A stretch of 64,000 bases of DNA, taken from NCBI RefSeq assembly GCF_009834535.1, contig NC_045707.1:49726001-49790000 (forward strand). The letters are read 5' to 3'. The stretch is from Camelus ferus (lineage: Eukaryota). The first letter of the stretch is position 1. Every line of letters starts with the position of its first letter. Below, piece after piece: positions 22,492 through 35,480 of the stretch. Both the position numbers and the translations under genes were made by a program. The notes under the pieces are model-generated. The model had not been told where the DNA came from, made no database searches, and saw nothing but the letters and a program-made list of their open reading frames with translations.

Positions 22492-24454
22492 GTAAGAGAA
22501 CACAGTAGCTGGCATGATGTATCAGGGTCTGTCTGATTGGACTGCTTTTGTATGAATGAGAAAACAAATTACTTCATTATGTAAAGACTATATCATCACT
22601 CTTATTATTGATCTTTGAGATTCCTGAGAGCCAAAGCAATAAAGCAAACATGATGGACTGCATAATTCTTACATCAAGACTTTGAGAAAAATAATTTTTC
22701 TGATTCCAAACTCTAAAATCAATGTATTATATTAGATTTATGACATAATCAATATTGTCTTAAATGTCAGTTTCACAACGGAAAAAAAAAAAACTGCTGT
22801 TATCGCCTGGCTTTTGAGTCATGAAAGCCTCAATAAAAGCCAATAAGGTGACAGTAAAGCATAATGTAACAATCGTAATCACAGTCAACATCTGCAAATA
22901 TTCTACACGAATCAAATTTTTCACTTAGCTAACCATTACACTATATGTATAAGATGTAAAAATAACAAGCTATATCTATCAAGCCACAAAGTAATGTAGT
23001 CATCCAGATGTTTTCCATGATGCTTGCAGTTCAAATTAGGCTCAGCATTTCTTTGAGTTGTATGACACTGCACCACATTACACAGAGTCTGTGCTCCCTT
23101 TGAGCTCAGAAACATTACCAGCTGTCTATATACCTAAACAAAGCATTCTTTTGTCCCCCTACAGCATCTTCCCTTCATAGAGCTGGCACCTGAACATACA
23201 GGTTCAGAACATTATGGCTCTGTGTCCATTGGCTCTTGCCAGCTCCCAGCTCCTCCCTGGGCAGTAACCCCAGAGACAGACGGGGCTGTAAAGAAAGTGC
23301 AGGAGCAAAGCCGCCCGACTGAACCTCTTGTGTTGAAAGTGCTTCACCTCCCCCACTTTTAGCAGCTGGCCGTGAGCACACACAAACCACCCTCATGTAT
23401 GTTTGTGCTAAAAGCTGCCTTTGCCTGAGCATTTGCTTTGTGAATGAGGTCACTTTAACTAACACAATGGAAGGGATAGGATGAAGAGATGTGGTTCTTT
23501 TCCTCATTAAGACACCATGTAAAGCACAGAATTAGACATGGTCCCTCTTGAGGATACATAATTAGATATTTTATATTCATTGTTATCATTACACATTCAG
23601 AGAGTCAGCGGCAGCAGCCTTGCCTTGGATATACTGAGGCACAGAGAGAAAGCAGACCATAGAAAATTGCTTACCTAGTTCACAAAGGTACAGAGAAGCA
23701 TAATGCTTCTAAAGCACTTCGACTGAAGAAACAAAGCATTATCTTCTTACCATGACGTTGTAACAGATGTCCATATGGTCATATCTTCTATTAATTGGAC
23801 TTAGATGTTGTATGCATTTGATGATTGTGATAATGGGTGATATGATTGTAAGATCTCCTCCACAGGGCATTTTGTCCACAAATAAAATTTATCCTATAGG
23901 AGAAAATGGTTCTCAGCTTGAAATAATTTGATTTTGTCACCGTAGGTTATAAACTGTGCCTTAGGCTTGTGGTGTGCAAAAATGTCTTTGAGTCAAGTGC
24001 CTGTCTTAAGAAGTTTCTTTTAAAAAAAAGAGAGAATGGAAGCCTCCATTTGTACCACGTGACCTGATTTTATCTGTTATCTAGACTGTGTTACCAGTTC
24101 AGATCCCTTACTGTTGGGCGAATTGAGTTCAAAGGTAGATAAAACGAAGCTATCATTACACTATGTAAACTGATCTGGAAAAGAAAATTTAACAGGCAGC
24201 ATACCTGCCATGACATTGTTCACAGTACTTGTGTTCATTTACTTAGTTCCAGAAATCTTACATAATTCATACTCAGCGTGAATGTGTGAATATGGTAATT
24301 ACTCTATGAGGACAACAGGGAATCAAAAGTTTCTTAAGCTTGCTGTCTAAGTCTCAGATTGTGAAGCAGATAGAAAGGTCAAGTTTTGAGTGCTGCATTT
24401 TTTTAAAACCTGTCAGTAAGAGGGAAAACTTGTAATACCTTGTGACTCTGCAAT

Positions 24455-24826
24455 TTTTCTATTAAATTTTTTATTAAAATCTGGAAATTTAAGTTAAAAT
24501 CTACACTGCTTACAAGCTAGTTTCCTTTCAAGAACTACATATGTATGTATATATAGTTCAACGTTTTCATTTCCATCTAATAGTTTTGTGAAAGTATCTC
24601 TGTTTGAGCATTGAGTATTTAACAGTAGTTGTCTTCTCCAGTGCCACAGCCATTCAGATAAGAGTTTAAGAGATGAATTAAGGCCTCCCTTTCAGCGAAG
24701 CGGGTACCGATGCTGCCCTGTATATCTCAGCGAACGACTGATGTAAAACCTCCTTGACTCCTTTCCTCGGCCACTTTTGAAAAGTAGAAGTCAGGCCCTC
24801 AGAAAAGGTGACCCGGTCTCCTTGTA
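24455..24826 (-). other. Candidate terminal exon (unassigned)
   Basis: Minus-strand acceptor tttctgtatctgtcttttgcttccag, local CpG enrichment, and AATAAA on minus at 24470-24475. Confidence 0.2.
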
Positions 24827-26892
24827 CTGGAAGCAAAAGACAGATACAGAAACTCACAGAGCTCTCCCTTCCCCCATCAAAAAAGAGACAAAAGACCAAG
24901 TAAATTGATACCATTTACAGCCTCTTCCATTTTCCTCAAAGGGGAAAATACACAGTAACTCAAAATGAGAAAAAGGCAAATTCCTGTTACTTTCCAACAA
25001 AGTAGCACAGTACAGAAAGACTGGGGAAGATCTTTTTGGAAAAATATCTGCATAAATCCAATCAGATTTGTTTCCAAGAATTGGGCAGATGTGGAAAAAA
25101 TCAAGCTAACACAATAATTAAAAGATACAAGACCTTGAAATATATGTAACTATTTGAGGACAGGTTCTTAGATTTTTCTAGTAACAGAGTTATATCTTTG
25201 CCTAAAGGTTTATTGACCTCAATTAGCTAAGTATTTGGAAAGGAATCCCAAGACTTGATTGGAAAGGAAAGATTAAAAACGTGGAGGGAAAAAGGTTCAT
25301 TTCATTAAAAAACCCTTGACCTGTGTATGGTTTCTTGTGGGGTCTGACTGGTACTGGTCATCATTTCTCTCTCGCTGCTTTTCAAAACGTAAACTATAGT
25401 GTCATTCTTAGAAAATGTCTTTATGACTATGGGGTCTCCATCCAGCTTTGCCTCTTAGCTAACTCAGCTTTATTATTTACTATGGGTGGGTCCATAACTG
25501 GTGAAACACTTCATCCTTTGTAATTTTTTCTTATTCTAATCTTTATCTTCTACACTCAACTTCATTAGAAGTCCATTAATCAACGTTGTACTTACATAGA
25601 TACCCACAGGCCTGGCAACCAGCTGTTGTTACTGTGTTGCTGCTAAAGGGAGGTTTTAAAATTTATTTAGATTTTAATCCTGGAAATGAAGATTGTTTCC
25701 CTTCTGGAAGGGTCAGTCAGTGTAGTCCTTGTGTGTCCTGTTTAATGAACGTGAAAGCTCTAGTCGTTGAAAAATGAATAAACTGAGCTTGGACTCCTAG
25801 ACCACTTACTTAGCCATGAAGACAGACCACTATGATCTGAAAATGTAAGAAAATGATTTAAAAATGACTGACTGATATTAATTTTAATTTTCTACAGTAA
25901 TCCACTATTCATAGTTTATTTTTAGGTTTTTAATCTTAAACTGTGTCCTGTAGGAATGTTGCACCATTTGGATAGAAAGCATCAAAGCTATAGTTTTGTC
26001 AAATTACTCCATTAATATTAGTCCTACAGATAAAGACCCAATGGTGAAAAAGGAGATAAACTTCAGGATCTACTGGTATACTTCTGTTACATTCACCATC
26101 AATTATTTCAGTCTTCATTAATTAGTTATATGAGACACAAACATGTGTTCTTCAAGGACCTGGCCCCGTTATAATTAGAGACTTGTGGCTTCATAAGGAT
26201 CCACTCAGCATCCTATCTAACTCATACGCAGGACAGCTTGTAATAACTCCACTCCTTACTATAATTTCACTGTACTGTTAAATCAGAATCTCATTAATAG
26301 AGAAGTAACAACACAATAAAGTTTTCTTGGTGTAAGATAGAACATGTTTGAAATAAAGAGAAATAAAAGAATCGTGGGAGAAAGTTTGGAGTAGACAAGC
26401 ATCAAACATGTTATCATTTTTCATGTGCTTTAATAGCTGGGTTATACATTTAGCTGGACGCTAACACAGCTTTAAACCTGATGGCAGGTGATTTTTTCCA
26501 CAACTCTTACTGATAAGCTGAAGTCATTGGTCTTTTCATTCCATATTACATATATGCCATACATAGGTAAATGAGTTTTTAATTTATCTAAGCAGCCTTT
26601 GAGCTTTCAAACAACCTTGGACCTTGCTCCAATTACTATTTAATATTAGAATCATTCCATTGTGATTGTTATCCAGTTAATAGAAAAGACAACCAATAGC
26701 TTTTAATGTGTGTATGTTGGGGGGGTGACATTTAAGGAAATAAGACTTGTACAGATATTTCTCAAGTCACTTTGAAATCTACAGTCCACCCACAACTTGT
26801 ATTTAGAACCCTGCCACAGGCCAAATCACAATGGTCCAAGGCAACGTCATTAGACATGACATCTTCTTGCACCAAAGGGGATGAAACCTTAC

Positions 26893-26980
26893 CTGAGAGG
26901 CTGGGCTGTAAACGATATCAGCTTCCCCGACTTAGGATGCAGCTCCACTAAATTGTCTTCTCTGTTAAGTATGACATACA
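26893..26980 (-). other. Candidate 88-nt internal exon (unassigned)
   Basis: Minus-strand acceptor gattttacccttcag; donor CAG|gtaagg. Single open frame YVILNREDNLVELHPKSGKLISFTAQPL. Confidence 0.22.
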
Positions 26981-27399
26981 CTGAAGGGTAAAATCGATTG
27001 GTAGTTTACAGGAGAAAGATCGCATAACCAGAACCTTCTCAGAAATTCTCTTCTGGAAGTCAAGATCCCCTTTGATAGTCTCAGCAACTGATGATTAGCT
27101 GAAAGATTAAGATGTTAATAGGTTTTTCCCAGAAGATCAGTTAAAATGGTGTTTATTTTTCCCTTTTTTGTCCAATAAGCCAAAAGGTAAAATAGATCAT
27201 TTAAAAACTATTAACATTTTAAACTCTTTCACAGAAAAAGATAATTAAAGTCATTCTCAATCTATTTTAAATATTTTTAAGATTTAGTACTTACAGAAAT
27301 ACAAATATACATTGAACAATTCATGTTAAAAATACCTATGTAACCATGTTAAAGAGACACTACATTCTGTCCCCATAGAGAAAATAAGAAACAATAGCC

Positions 27400-27870
27400 A
27401 AACTTTTTAGCAGAGTTTACGGGTTTCATCTTTGCAATTTCACTTCGTACTTTACTCCTCCTCACCCTGGAGAATCCAGCCACATTGATCTCTCAGCTCT
27501 GCCACCATAGCTAACCTTCCCCCAGCTGTTCCCTCTTCCTGGAATGCTCATCTTTCCTCTCCTCGAATGGCTGGTTGCTTATCTCCCAGGACCCAGCTTA
27601 AATATCACCATCTTGGTCAGGCCTTCCCCAGTAATTTATCAAAAGTGGGAACCCTCCTTGTTAGTTCCTATTTCAGCATCTTGTTTGTGTCTTTCTTAAG
27701 ACATACCATAATTTGTCATTTTCCTATTTATTTGACCTCCATCCTGTTGCATGCTCCCTGGGAAAGGAATCAAAATGTCTTGTTCTTTACCATATTGTAA
27801 GTAAAGATCACGCTCCCTGGCTCTTGGTAAACTCTCGATGAAGTTCTGTTCAGTACATTAATTGATGCCC
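27400..27870 (+). mobile_element. L2 3' fragment
   Basis: gctgttccctcttcctggaatgctc..cccagcttaaatatcacc..ggccttccc. Confidence 0.65.
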
Positions 27871-30250
27871 AAAAAGAGGTCATAAAGGAAAATTTTTATA
27901 TTGCTTTATATTGGCATGTCATGAAGAAAAAAAAGACTCAAATGCTGAACAGTAGCCTCTTTCACCACCATAAAAATGAAATCCTTCCAAAGCAATTCCC
28001 TCTAAAATTACTTAAAATATTTCAGGGACTACCTGTCACCAATAAAGTTAAGTTCAAGATCCTTAGAATGACAGTTAAGACCTCCTCGACCAGTCTCTAC
28101 AGCCTTGCCCGGGGCTGCTCCCCCCCCCCCCCCACTTCCTTTCTTCACGCTCTAATGATGGCTGCTGTGCTGAGCGCATGCCTGGGAAAGAGGAGGCATG
28201 CCACGAGTATTTGATGATTTGACTGCTAGCAGTTTCCTGCACACACCTGCCTCTTCTGGTGCTGTCAGTTGAGACTGGAGAGCTGGTCAGAGACCAGGTC
28301 TCGAAAGATCTCTGTGTGACATGTTAGAGATTAAAGCGTTTAAAGCAATAGAAAGCTATGGGAGGGCTCTGAGCAGAGGAATGACATAGGAAGGGCTGCT
28401 CAGAGACAAGTCTCACGTGCCTCCTGCCAGCCTTGGCATCACTTAGCATGTCTTTATGTGATCAGCTCTAAGGGTGACTTAACCCACCACGAGGGTCAGG
28501 GGAGGAGTCTGGAAAATCTTTCTAGTTGGTAATTTCCACTTGAGTTGCATCTTCTACACTTTCAGTTCTGTCTTTTATGGAGCACACTAATTTTGAGTAA
28601 CTTCCAAAGCCACCCAAGTAAAAATAAATCAAGAATGATTGTGTCTTACACTCCACTGCCCTGCACACCCTTAGGCAGGAAGAAAGACAGCTTGGGGTTC
28701 TGTATCTTTCCAAGTCATTTGTCTTGGAAGTATCTGAGGCACCAGGGAACTTTCAATGATTTTCATTAAGGTATATTTTCCAAAGTAAAATAAACACAGG
28801 AACAAGCAAACAGAAACCTCCCTGTTTGGGTACAAGTTGATCTGAACTTTATATTATCTGTTGAAGTGTTGTATACTGTTATAGTATTTGCTGATGTTTG
28901 TGTTGGTAGTGATTACACGTATCTGAATAAGAAATACAGAGCAAATTTTATTATCATCATCAAAGAACTCCTCATGAAAAAAGTTTTCCAAGCATCTTTT
29001 GATAACTTTTTGATAATAAATATGCACTAAATTAATCATGAATTGTTTATTTCCTCTGCCGTAAGGATTATTGGTGTTTGAGCTTCTTTTTTAATAGCTC
29101 AAATATTAAAACTTCTCTGTGACTGAGTGTCAGCTAGAATCAGTTTTACTCATTTGTCAGAATAATCTCAAGCTAATTTGACAACATAAACACGTGTGCA
29201 AAGAAGAAGGTATACTTTTCTTTAGAGATATCAGGCAGCTATGCAATGACTAGGCATTTCCTGTCTTATTTTTGGAAAATAAATTCCTGTAACCTTCATA
29301 AAATCTGAATTAAAAATCAGTGCTTTCCAAAACTTCATGAAATAATCTACAGGTGCTGACATGCTGATAGCTACTGAACTAAGAAGAACAAAGTTAACGT
29401 GTCAAAACTGGTTGCAATATTCTAACATCTGGGCGTCAAGTTGGTTGCGTTATGGGTAAACCTCAGCTTCTCACAGTCAGAAGAGGACGAGCATGAGAAA
29501 GAAACAGTGGCAATCAGTAGTTTGCAAGAGCAGGCCAGGCACCATCTGGGCTATGTAGGAGGACTGGTGGGGAAAAAGGAACATGATGGCATGTGCTATA
29601 AAAGTACAGATTGTAAAGAAGGGTAGCACCCTTGTTTTGCAGACAAGTTACTACATTTATGTTGCAAAAGAGCCCTCGGAGATTCGGGAGAAAGAAAACA
29701 CTCTGGTTTCAGGTTAGCTGCATTGCAGTGGGGATCGGGAAGGGAACGTGCATCTGTGATAGCCCAATGGGTATAAACAAGTGTTCATGGGTGGAAATCT
29801 CTTAACAATTGAGTAAAGATCTTTAGAGGAGGAACCGTGTGTTAAAATGTCTCCTGCCTTCCCCACAGAAATGCAATGCTGGGCATGGGAGAGTGGCGGA
29901 AACACTGTATTTGAAATGCAGAACATCTGGGTTTAATTACCATCTGTGTTTTTGTGAGGAACTCAGCCTCTCAGCCTAACTCCTCATCTGCTAGAAAAAA
30001 AAAAAAAAAATCAGGGAGGGGGTGTTTAATACCAGTCCAGCTTGGGTTTTTTTTTTTTTTTTTTAGCATTTTTGTCAGAATTAATAGGTAAATAGATGTG
30101 AAGATATTATGTAAACTGTAAAAGCTCCACTGCTAGGAGGCAATGATGTTATACGTGGAGCAGAAGGCAACAAACACTTGTTGATAGACTGGTTTCTTGA
30201 TTAGGATTTATTCATGACTCATCTATGGAAGAATTCCTTTCCATTTATCT

Positions 30251-30513
30251 CAGAGTTTCTCAAACTCAGCACTACTGGCATTTTGAACCAGCTAATTCCT
30301 TGCTGAAAAGTGTGTCTTTGGGGGTAGGGGATGCCTGTGCATTGTAGATTGTTCAAAAATCAAACATCCTACTACCTCTATCCTTTAGATGCCAGTAGCA
30401 GTCCCCCCACTCCACCCCCCAAGAATAGAGACAACCAAAAACATCTCCAGACATTGCCAAATGTCCCCAGGTAGTGGTGGGGGACAAAATTGTCCCCCAG
30501 TTGAGAACCGCGG
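30251..30513 (-). mobile_element. MER20 hAT-Charlie MITE, full length with 8-bp TSD
   Basis: cagagtttctcaaactcagcact..tagatgccagtagca..tctccagacattgccaaatgtcccc..ccagttgagaaccgcgg. Flanks atttatct (30243-30250) and atttaact (30514-30521) match at 7/8. Confidence 0.9.
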
Positions 30514-30589
30514 ATTTAACTGAGAGACAAAATCTCACTATATTCTGACAAAGCTCTGTGAGTTTTGCATCCCTGACCTGTAAATGATA

Positions 30590-30830
30590 GCCAATAGTAG
30601 TTATCTGGCATTACTCTTTAGAAGGCACTCTGCTAAACTATTTGCCCGGATTAATTCATTCAGTCCTACAATAGTGAAGGTTCAAGTAACCTTCATTTTA
30701 CAGATGAAGACATTGAGGGTTAAAGGGTTGAAGCCACTTGCCCAGGTTCAAAGTCAGAATAAAGCAGAGCCTGTGTCTGGATCCGGCTCTGTAGGATTCC
30801 AGAGTCTTTGCTTTTAAGCATTCCTGCTGT
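30590..30830 (-). mobile_element. MIR SINE
   Basis: cattttacagatgaagacattgagggttaaagggttgaagccacttgcccaggttca. Confidence 0.75.
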
Positions 30831-32249
30831 ACTCGCTCACATGAGATAAGATGATCAAAACAGCCCCACTCTCTGTTGAACATAAGACAACACTTGCTGA
30901 GGTGAACCTGACTTGAGACCTCAGAAGGAGAAAAGCACACAGCTATCTAAGGGCTGTGCCTGCCTGCTTGAGTATTATTTACATGAGCTGTGAAATGGCA
31001 CAGCATTGGAAAACCAAGCATGCCTGAGAAAGGCAGCAAGTCCTAACTTACTCACGCATAATCACCGTTTAATTCCATAGAAACCATTTTTTTGTGGGGA
31101 AATTGTATTTTCTTTACAAATATTTTTATATTCTTTTAAGTGATATGGAAAGAGATAAAGCTGTCCAAAAGTGGGAAGCAACGTTGGTAAGAGTAGGTCA
31201 ATAAAAGTACATATTACTTGATAGATATGAGTGCCGAAAGCCTTCCTCTGGGCTCAGTAAGCTCAGGACAAATGCCGTTATTCGTGAAGCGTCTAGGTGG
31301 GTATGTTTTGTCAAGTACTTAACAAGTTAATGCCCAGTGTTTTAATGTCTAGGATCTAGGCTCTTTCAAAATACAGAAGCTGCTCATATTATTCCCAATT
31401 CCTGGACCCAAAAATGTAGACAGGGTAAGGTTGAGCAATATGTATCAAGTCACAGAAGCCAAGAGAGGGCAAAGGAAAACTTTAATTACAGAAGGATGTA
31501 TAACTCAGGTCATTCTACATGTACTGTCAATCATTAATGCCCATTGAAAGAGTAACCTGGATAGCAAAGGTATTTAGTTTCTTGAAAGATCTGTCCCTCG
31601 TGGATGATTCCTTCTCAACTGACCACAGACAAGATTGTTAACTGCTCATTTATTACAAGGAAGCATTTGCATTTCCCTCTGTCTTAGGAGTTGGTTCTGC
31701 TCCCCAAAAGCAACCAGAATTCCTAACATCTGTAATTTGATGTACATATTTATTTCCTCAAGTAATAATCTTGAACCTTCGAAGTACGAAGAGCATTTAT
31801 TTCTACCAATAACAAGAACACACCAGTGACCCCACAGCGGCCAAAAGATCTGGTCCTCATCTGATTCAAGGTTCAGTTTGAGGACATGAAGGCAGAGCAT
31901 GGTTGGAATTTTGTTCTCAGCTCCCCTAGCCAGTATCACACATGTCTGGTCAGTCCACACTGCCACCCTCATACTTGGAGAGACAGGTCCTGGGGAAGCG
32001 CCTGGCTCTGAGCTTGCCTCCAGAAGGTGTCTGTGTCAGTTGCATTGTGCCACTCGCTGCCTTTCATCTGACTCAGCTGAACAGTCAGATGCGGCAGGTA
32101 CCTGAATTCTGAAGGAAATTACTGCAAAAGTCAGATTCTTTGTGTTACAAAGGACAGAAACCCAACTCAAATTTGTTTAGGCAAAACTGGGAAGTTATTA
32201 CCTTTCCTAAATGAAAAACTTTAAGCGTGAATCCTCCCAAACCATCTGC

Positions 32250-32520
32250 ACAGCACTTTTAAGTTATAAAGAATCTTCACATTTATTGGATTGTTAGATA
32301 GGTAGGTATGTAGGTACCAGGCAGGTAGGTAGATAGATAGTCAGATGGATAGATAGATGGACAGTTAAAGAGGTAGGTAGGACAGATCTTAACTTCATTT
32401 TGTAGATGCCATTAAACGATGTGCTCAAGGTCTGTCAGCTGGTAAATGGCACAGCGGATTACTAGTTGACCCCGGGTATCATGAATTCTGAATGCTGTGC
32501 ATTTCCCAGTATAGCACATC
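32250..32520 (-). mobile_element. MIR fragment containing a degenerate (TAGA/TAGG)n repeat (~32295-32380)
   Basis: cattttgtagatg..gctcaaggtctgtcagctggtaaatggcacagc; tagataggtaggt..agatagatag. Confidence 0.6.
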
Positions 32521-33199
32521 TTGAAAGGAAAGTATTAGACAAGATCCTTATCCTCAGGATATTCAATTAATAGTGAACAGAAAAGAAAGAAACTGATACC
32601 CTTGAAAGCACTTTTGTGTGAAGAATTGTTTTATGTTTTATTAGTACTACATTTTCTTTTCATAAGAGGAATTCTACAGGATTGTTTTGGGGAACTTCTA
32701 CTACTAGCATGTGCAAAGTAGAAGTGGACACTGTATTTTGTCACAGTCATACTAAATGGACACATGGACCAAGGATCATATTATTGTCATCAGTGTATCA
32801 CTGTCATGTCGCTATTGCCAGAGGCAATCAAGAACACCTAGGCAGTAACTCCTAGCGAGGGCCTGTGTGCAACCGGAGAGTCTCAAAAGCCAGCACTGCA
32901 TTTCATTCATCATCATATCCCTCACATTAAGCATAAATTTGGTTGAATTAATGGAGAACAAGTCCTAATGGGTAATAAAATCTGAAGAATGAGTAGAGGA
33001 AAAATGGAACTCTGGAGACTTTACGAGGACCATGACTGTAGATATTATTCTTTTTGAGAGTGTAATGAAAATGAATCATTTCTTGAAGTTCCCATTGGTT
33101 ATAAATGAAGATTACTAATTGATGAAGGACACATATAAGTTACCCTATTGTTGTGAGGCTGTATAAAGTTTCAACAGAATTAAAATAGAGAGGTACCGC

Positions 33200-34440
33200 T
33201 CCTGCCACCTGCACTATGAATCCCATCCCCCACCCCACATCAGGGGCTTTTTGCCATCAAATACCTGCTCTTCCCTTGCAGGTTGACTCAACAGAAAATT
33301 ACACTCATCAGTCCCAATATTGAAACAGTCCTGGTTCCTCTCTGTGTCCCCCTGGGACTATTGCTCTCTTTCCTTCCTTTCAGAACCAAAGTCTAAACTC
33401 ATTGTCTCCAATTCTTCATTCCTCATTCATTTTTCATACTGTGACTCGGTTTTCACGCCCTCTATTCTGCTAAACTTGTTCCTGCCAGTTTCTGATACCA
33501 TATACTAATTTCAATTTCAGAAGTATTCTTTGCATTCCTTATTTTACTTGACCTCTCTCTGGCAGTTGACAATATAAACTACTCCTACCTTAAAACTCTC
33601 TCCTCTGAAGGCCACATTCCCTGGATTTCCCCTATTTACTCCTTCTCACTTGGATCATCTCCTTACATGCTATTCTCCCTCTTAAATGCTTTTATTCTCC
33701 CAAGGTTTCATTGTCAATAATCTTATCTATCTACACACTCTTTTAGAAAGTCTTATCAATTCTTATGCCTTTAATGACTACCAACAATTTAATGTCTCCC
33801 AAACCTTTTGTCTCCATTCCTGAGCTTTAGATCAATAAATTCACAAACAATTCAACTGTCCAGCAATTCCAATACTGCCCAAATCAACTGTGTTGTATTA
33901 AAGCCCACCCACCTTCACATCACTGGCTCCCTGTCCCCATGAATATCAGTAGTACCCATTCCATTGTCCAAGTTGGAGACTTTAGTCATTCCAGACAGTT
34001 CTGCCAAATCATCTCAGTTCTACTTCCCAAATATTTCTTATATTTAGCCCAGTTTTTCCCGATGCCCATTGCCACTCTCAAAATATTTCTCCTGGTTTTT
34101 TATTTTAAAAAGCTTCTTATTTGGCCCACTTATGTATGGTCCACCTACTTACCTGCCTGTTCCCCATCACCACCATTAATTCATCTCTAAAACAGCTATC
34201 AAAGGCCATTCTAAAATCAAAGTCTGATCAAGTAATTTCTGTGCCTAAAATGCTTCATGGCTCCACGTTGCCTCCAGGATGAAATCTTAACTATAGCACG
34301 TCTGTCATCTAAGGCCCGTCATTATCTGGCTCCAGAACATTTTGGCCTCATCTCACAGACACAGTTAATTTACAGCTCTAGTACAACATAGGCCTTGACA
34401 GGCGCTTATTGAATGAATGAATAAATGAATGAATGGACAA
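33200..34440 (+). mobile_element. L2 LINE fragment (ORF2 3' part and tail)
   Basis: ttattttacttgacctctctctggcagttgacaata (LLDLS-AFD-like RT motif); ends ttgaatgaatgaataaatgaatgaatg. Confidence 0.8.
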
Positions 34441-34659
34441 ATTCTGAGAAAGATGTCCTTGGATTAAAGAAAAAATGTTAGGTAGTTCTTTATTATCTTC
34501 AACAAAAAATTTTTATACAAAGACAAACTCATATAGCTCCTTTTGTTTTGAAGTTCACATGTGTCATCCATCTTAAATTTTGCTTCTTTTTTTGGGAAAT
34601 ATGTCTTCTAAGGAAGATATTTAATAAGATATTTTAGAATACCCCCCAAATATATGAGG

Positions 34660-34755
34660 AATTCCCGAACTTGTAAATAGGCTATGTTCCAAAAATTCTT
34701 TTATAACTTGGTTCTGTGAAATTTGGAATGCATTTTCTCATAGAAACAATGTTTT
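34660..34755. mobile_element. Possible old TcMar-Tigger-like fragment
   Basis: ccgaacttgtaaataggctatgttcc..gcattttctcatagaaacaatgtt resembles Tigger-type termini. Confidence 0.35.
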
Positions 34756-35329
34756 ATATATTTTATTTAATTTAGTTTTAAATTATTTTAAAATAATTTA
34801 AAGTAGCATATAATAAAATACACATGTCATAAGCTTTTAAAATAATGAAAGAAATTCTATAGCAATATATTTGGCCTATAGAAAGTAATTATGTCATAAA
34901 TTCCATAAACCTACACTAACCCAAAACCAAGTAGAAATCTAACTGTGAGAATCCTGTCAGCCAATACAATATGAAAGGGTGAAAATAATGAGGGTATATA
35001 TTTTTTAACTTTTTACCTCTTTTAAGCTTTTTATTTTCTAATAAAGTGATATATACTAATGCATCAGGAGACACATTCTCTTTGTACTAAATTCCCAGGA
35101 GAAATATTTTTACATGGAGTCTTATACAAGGAATGTTTAATAAACTATTAGGCAAAGATGGTTTAAAAGAAAAAGTAAGAATATCATACATATGACCCAT
35201 TCTTAGAGCAACCACTGCTGAAGCTAAGCATATTTAATCATGTTCCTATGAAGGAATTTCTGTAAGTAATTCAAGTAACATATACCCATCTCTCTGATAC
35301 TCTAATATGGAATTACATCTAGTCATAGC

Positions 35330-35480
35330 CAGCATACATCACTTAGAATGTATATACATGCATTATCTCATTCAGTCTTCACAAAAACCCTACGAGGTTA
35401 GTACAATCATAACCATTCCTATGTCACAGAGGAGAAAACTGAGGCAAAGAAGTGAATGACTAGCCAAGCTCACACAGCTA
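35330..35480 (-). mobile_element. MIR fragment
   Basis: cattatctcattcagtcttcacaaaaaccctacgagg..cagaggagaaaactgaggcaaaga. Confidence 0.75.

Noticed and set aside
29597..29604. TATAAAAG boxes (also ~2327 and 61492-61499)
   Set aside because: The motif recurs in AT-rich DNA. There is no CpG island or supported first exon, and the 61.5-kb copy lies in an LTR16-like remnant.
32295..32380. Short periodic repeats considered as a CRISPR-like or designed array
   Set aside because: Degenerate TAGA/TAGG microsatellite; no repeat-spacer array was seen anywhere in the window.
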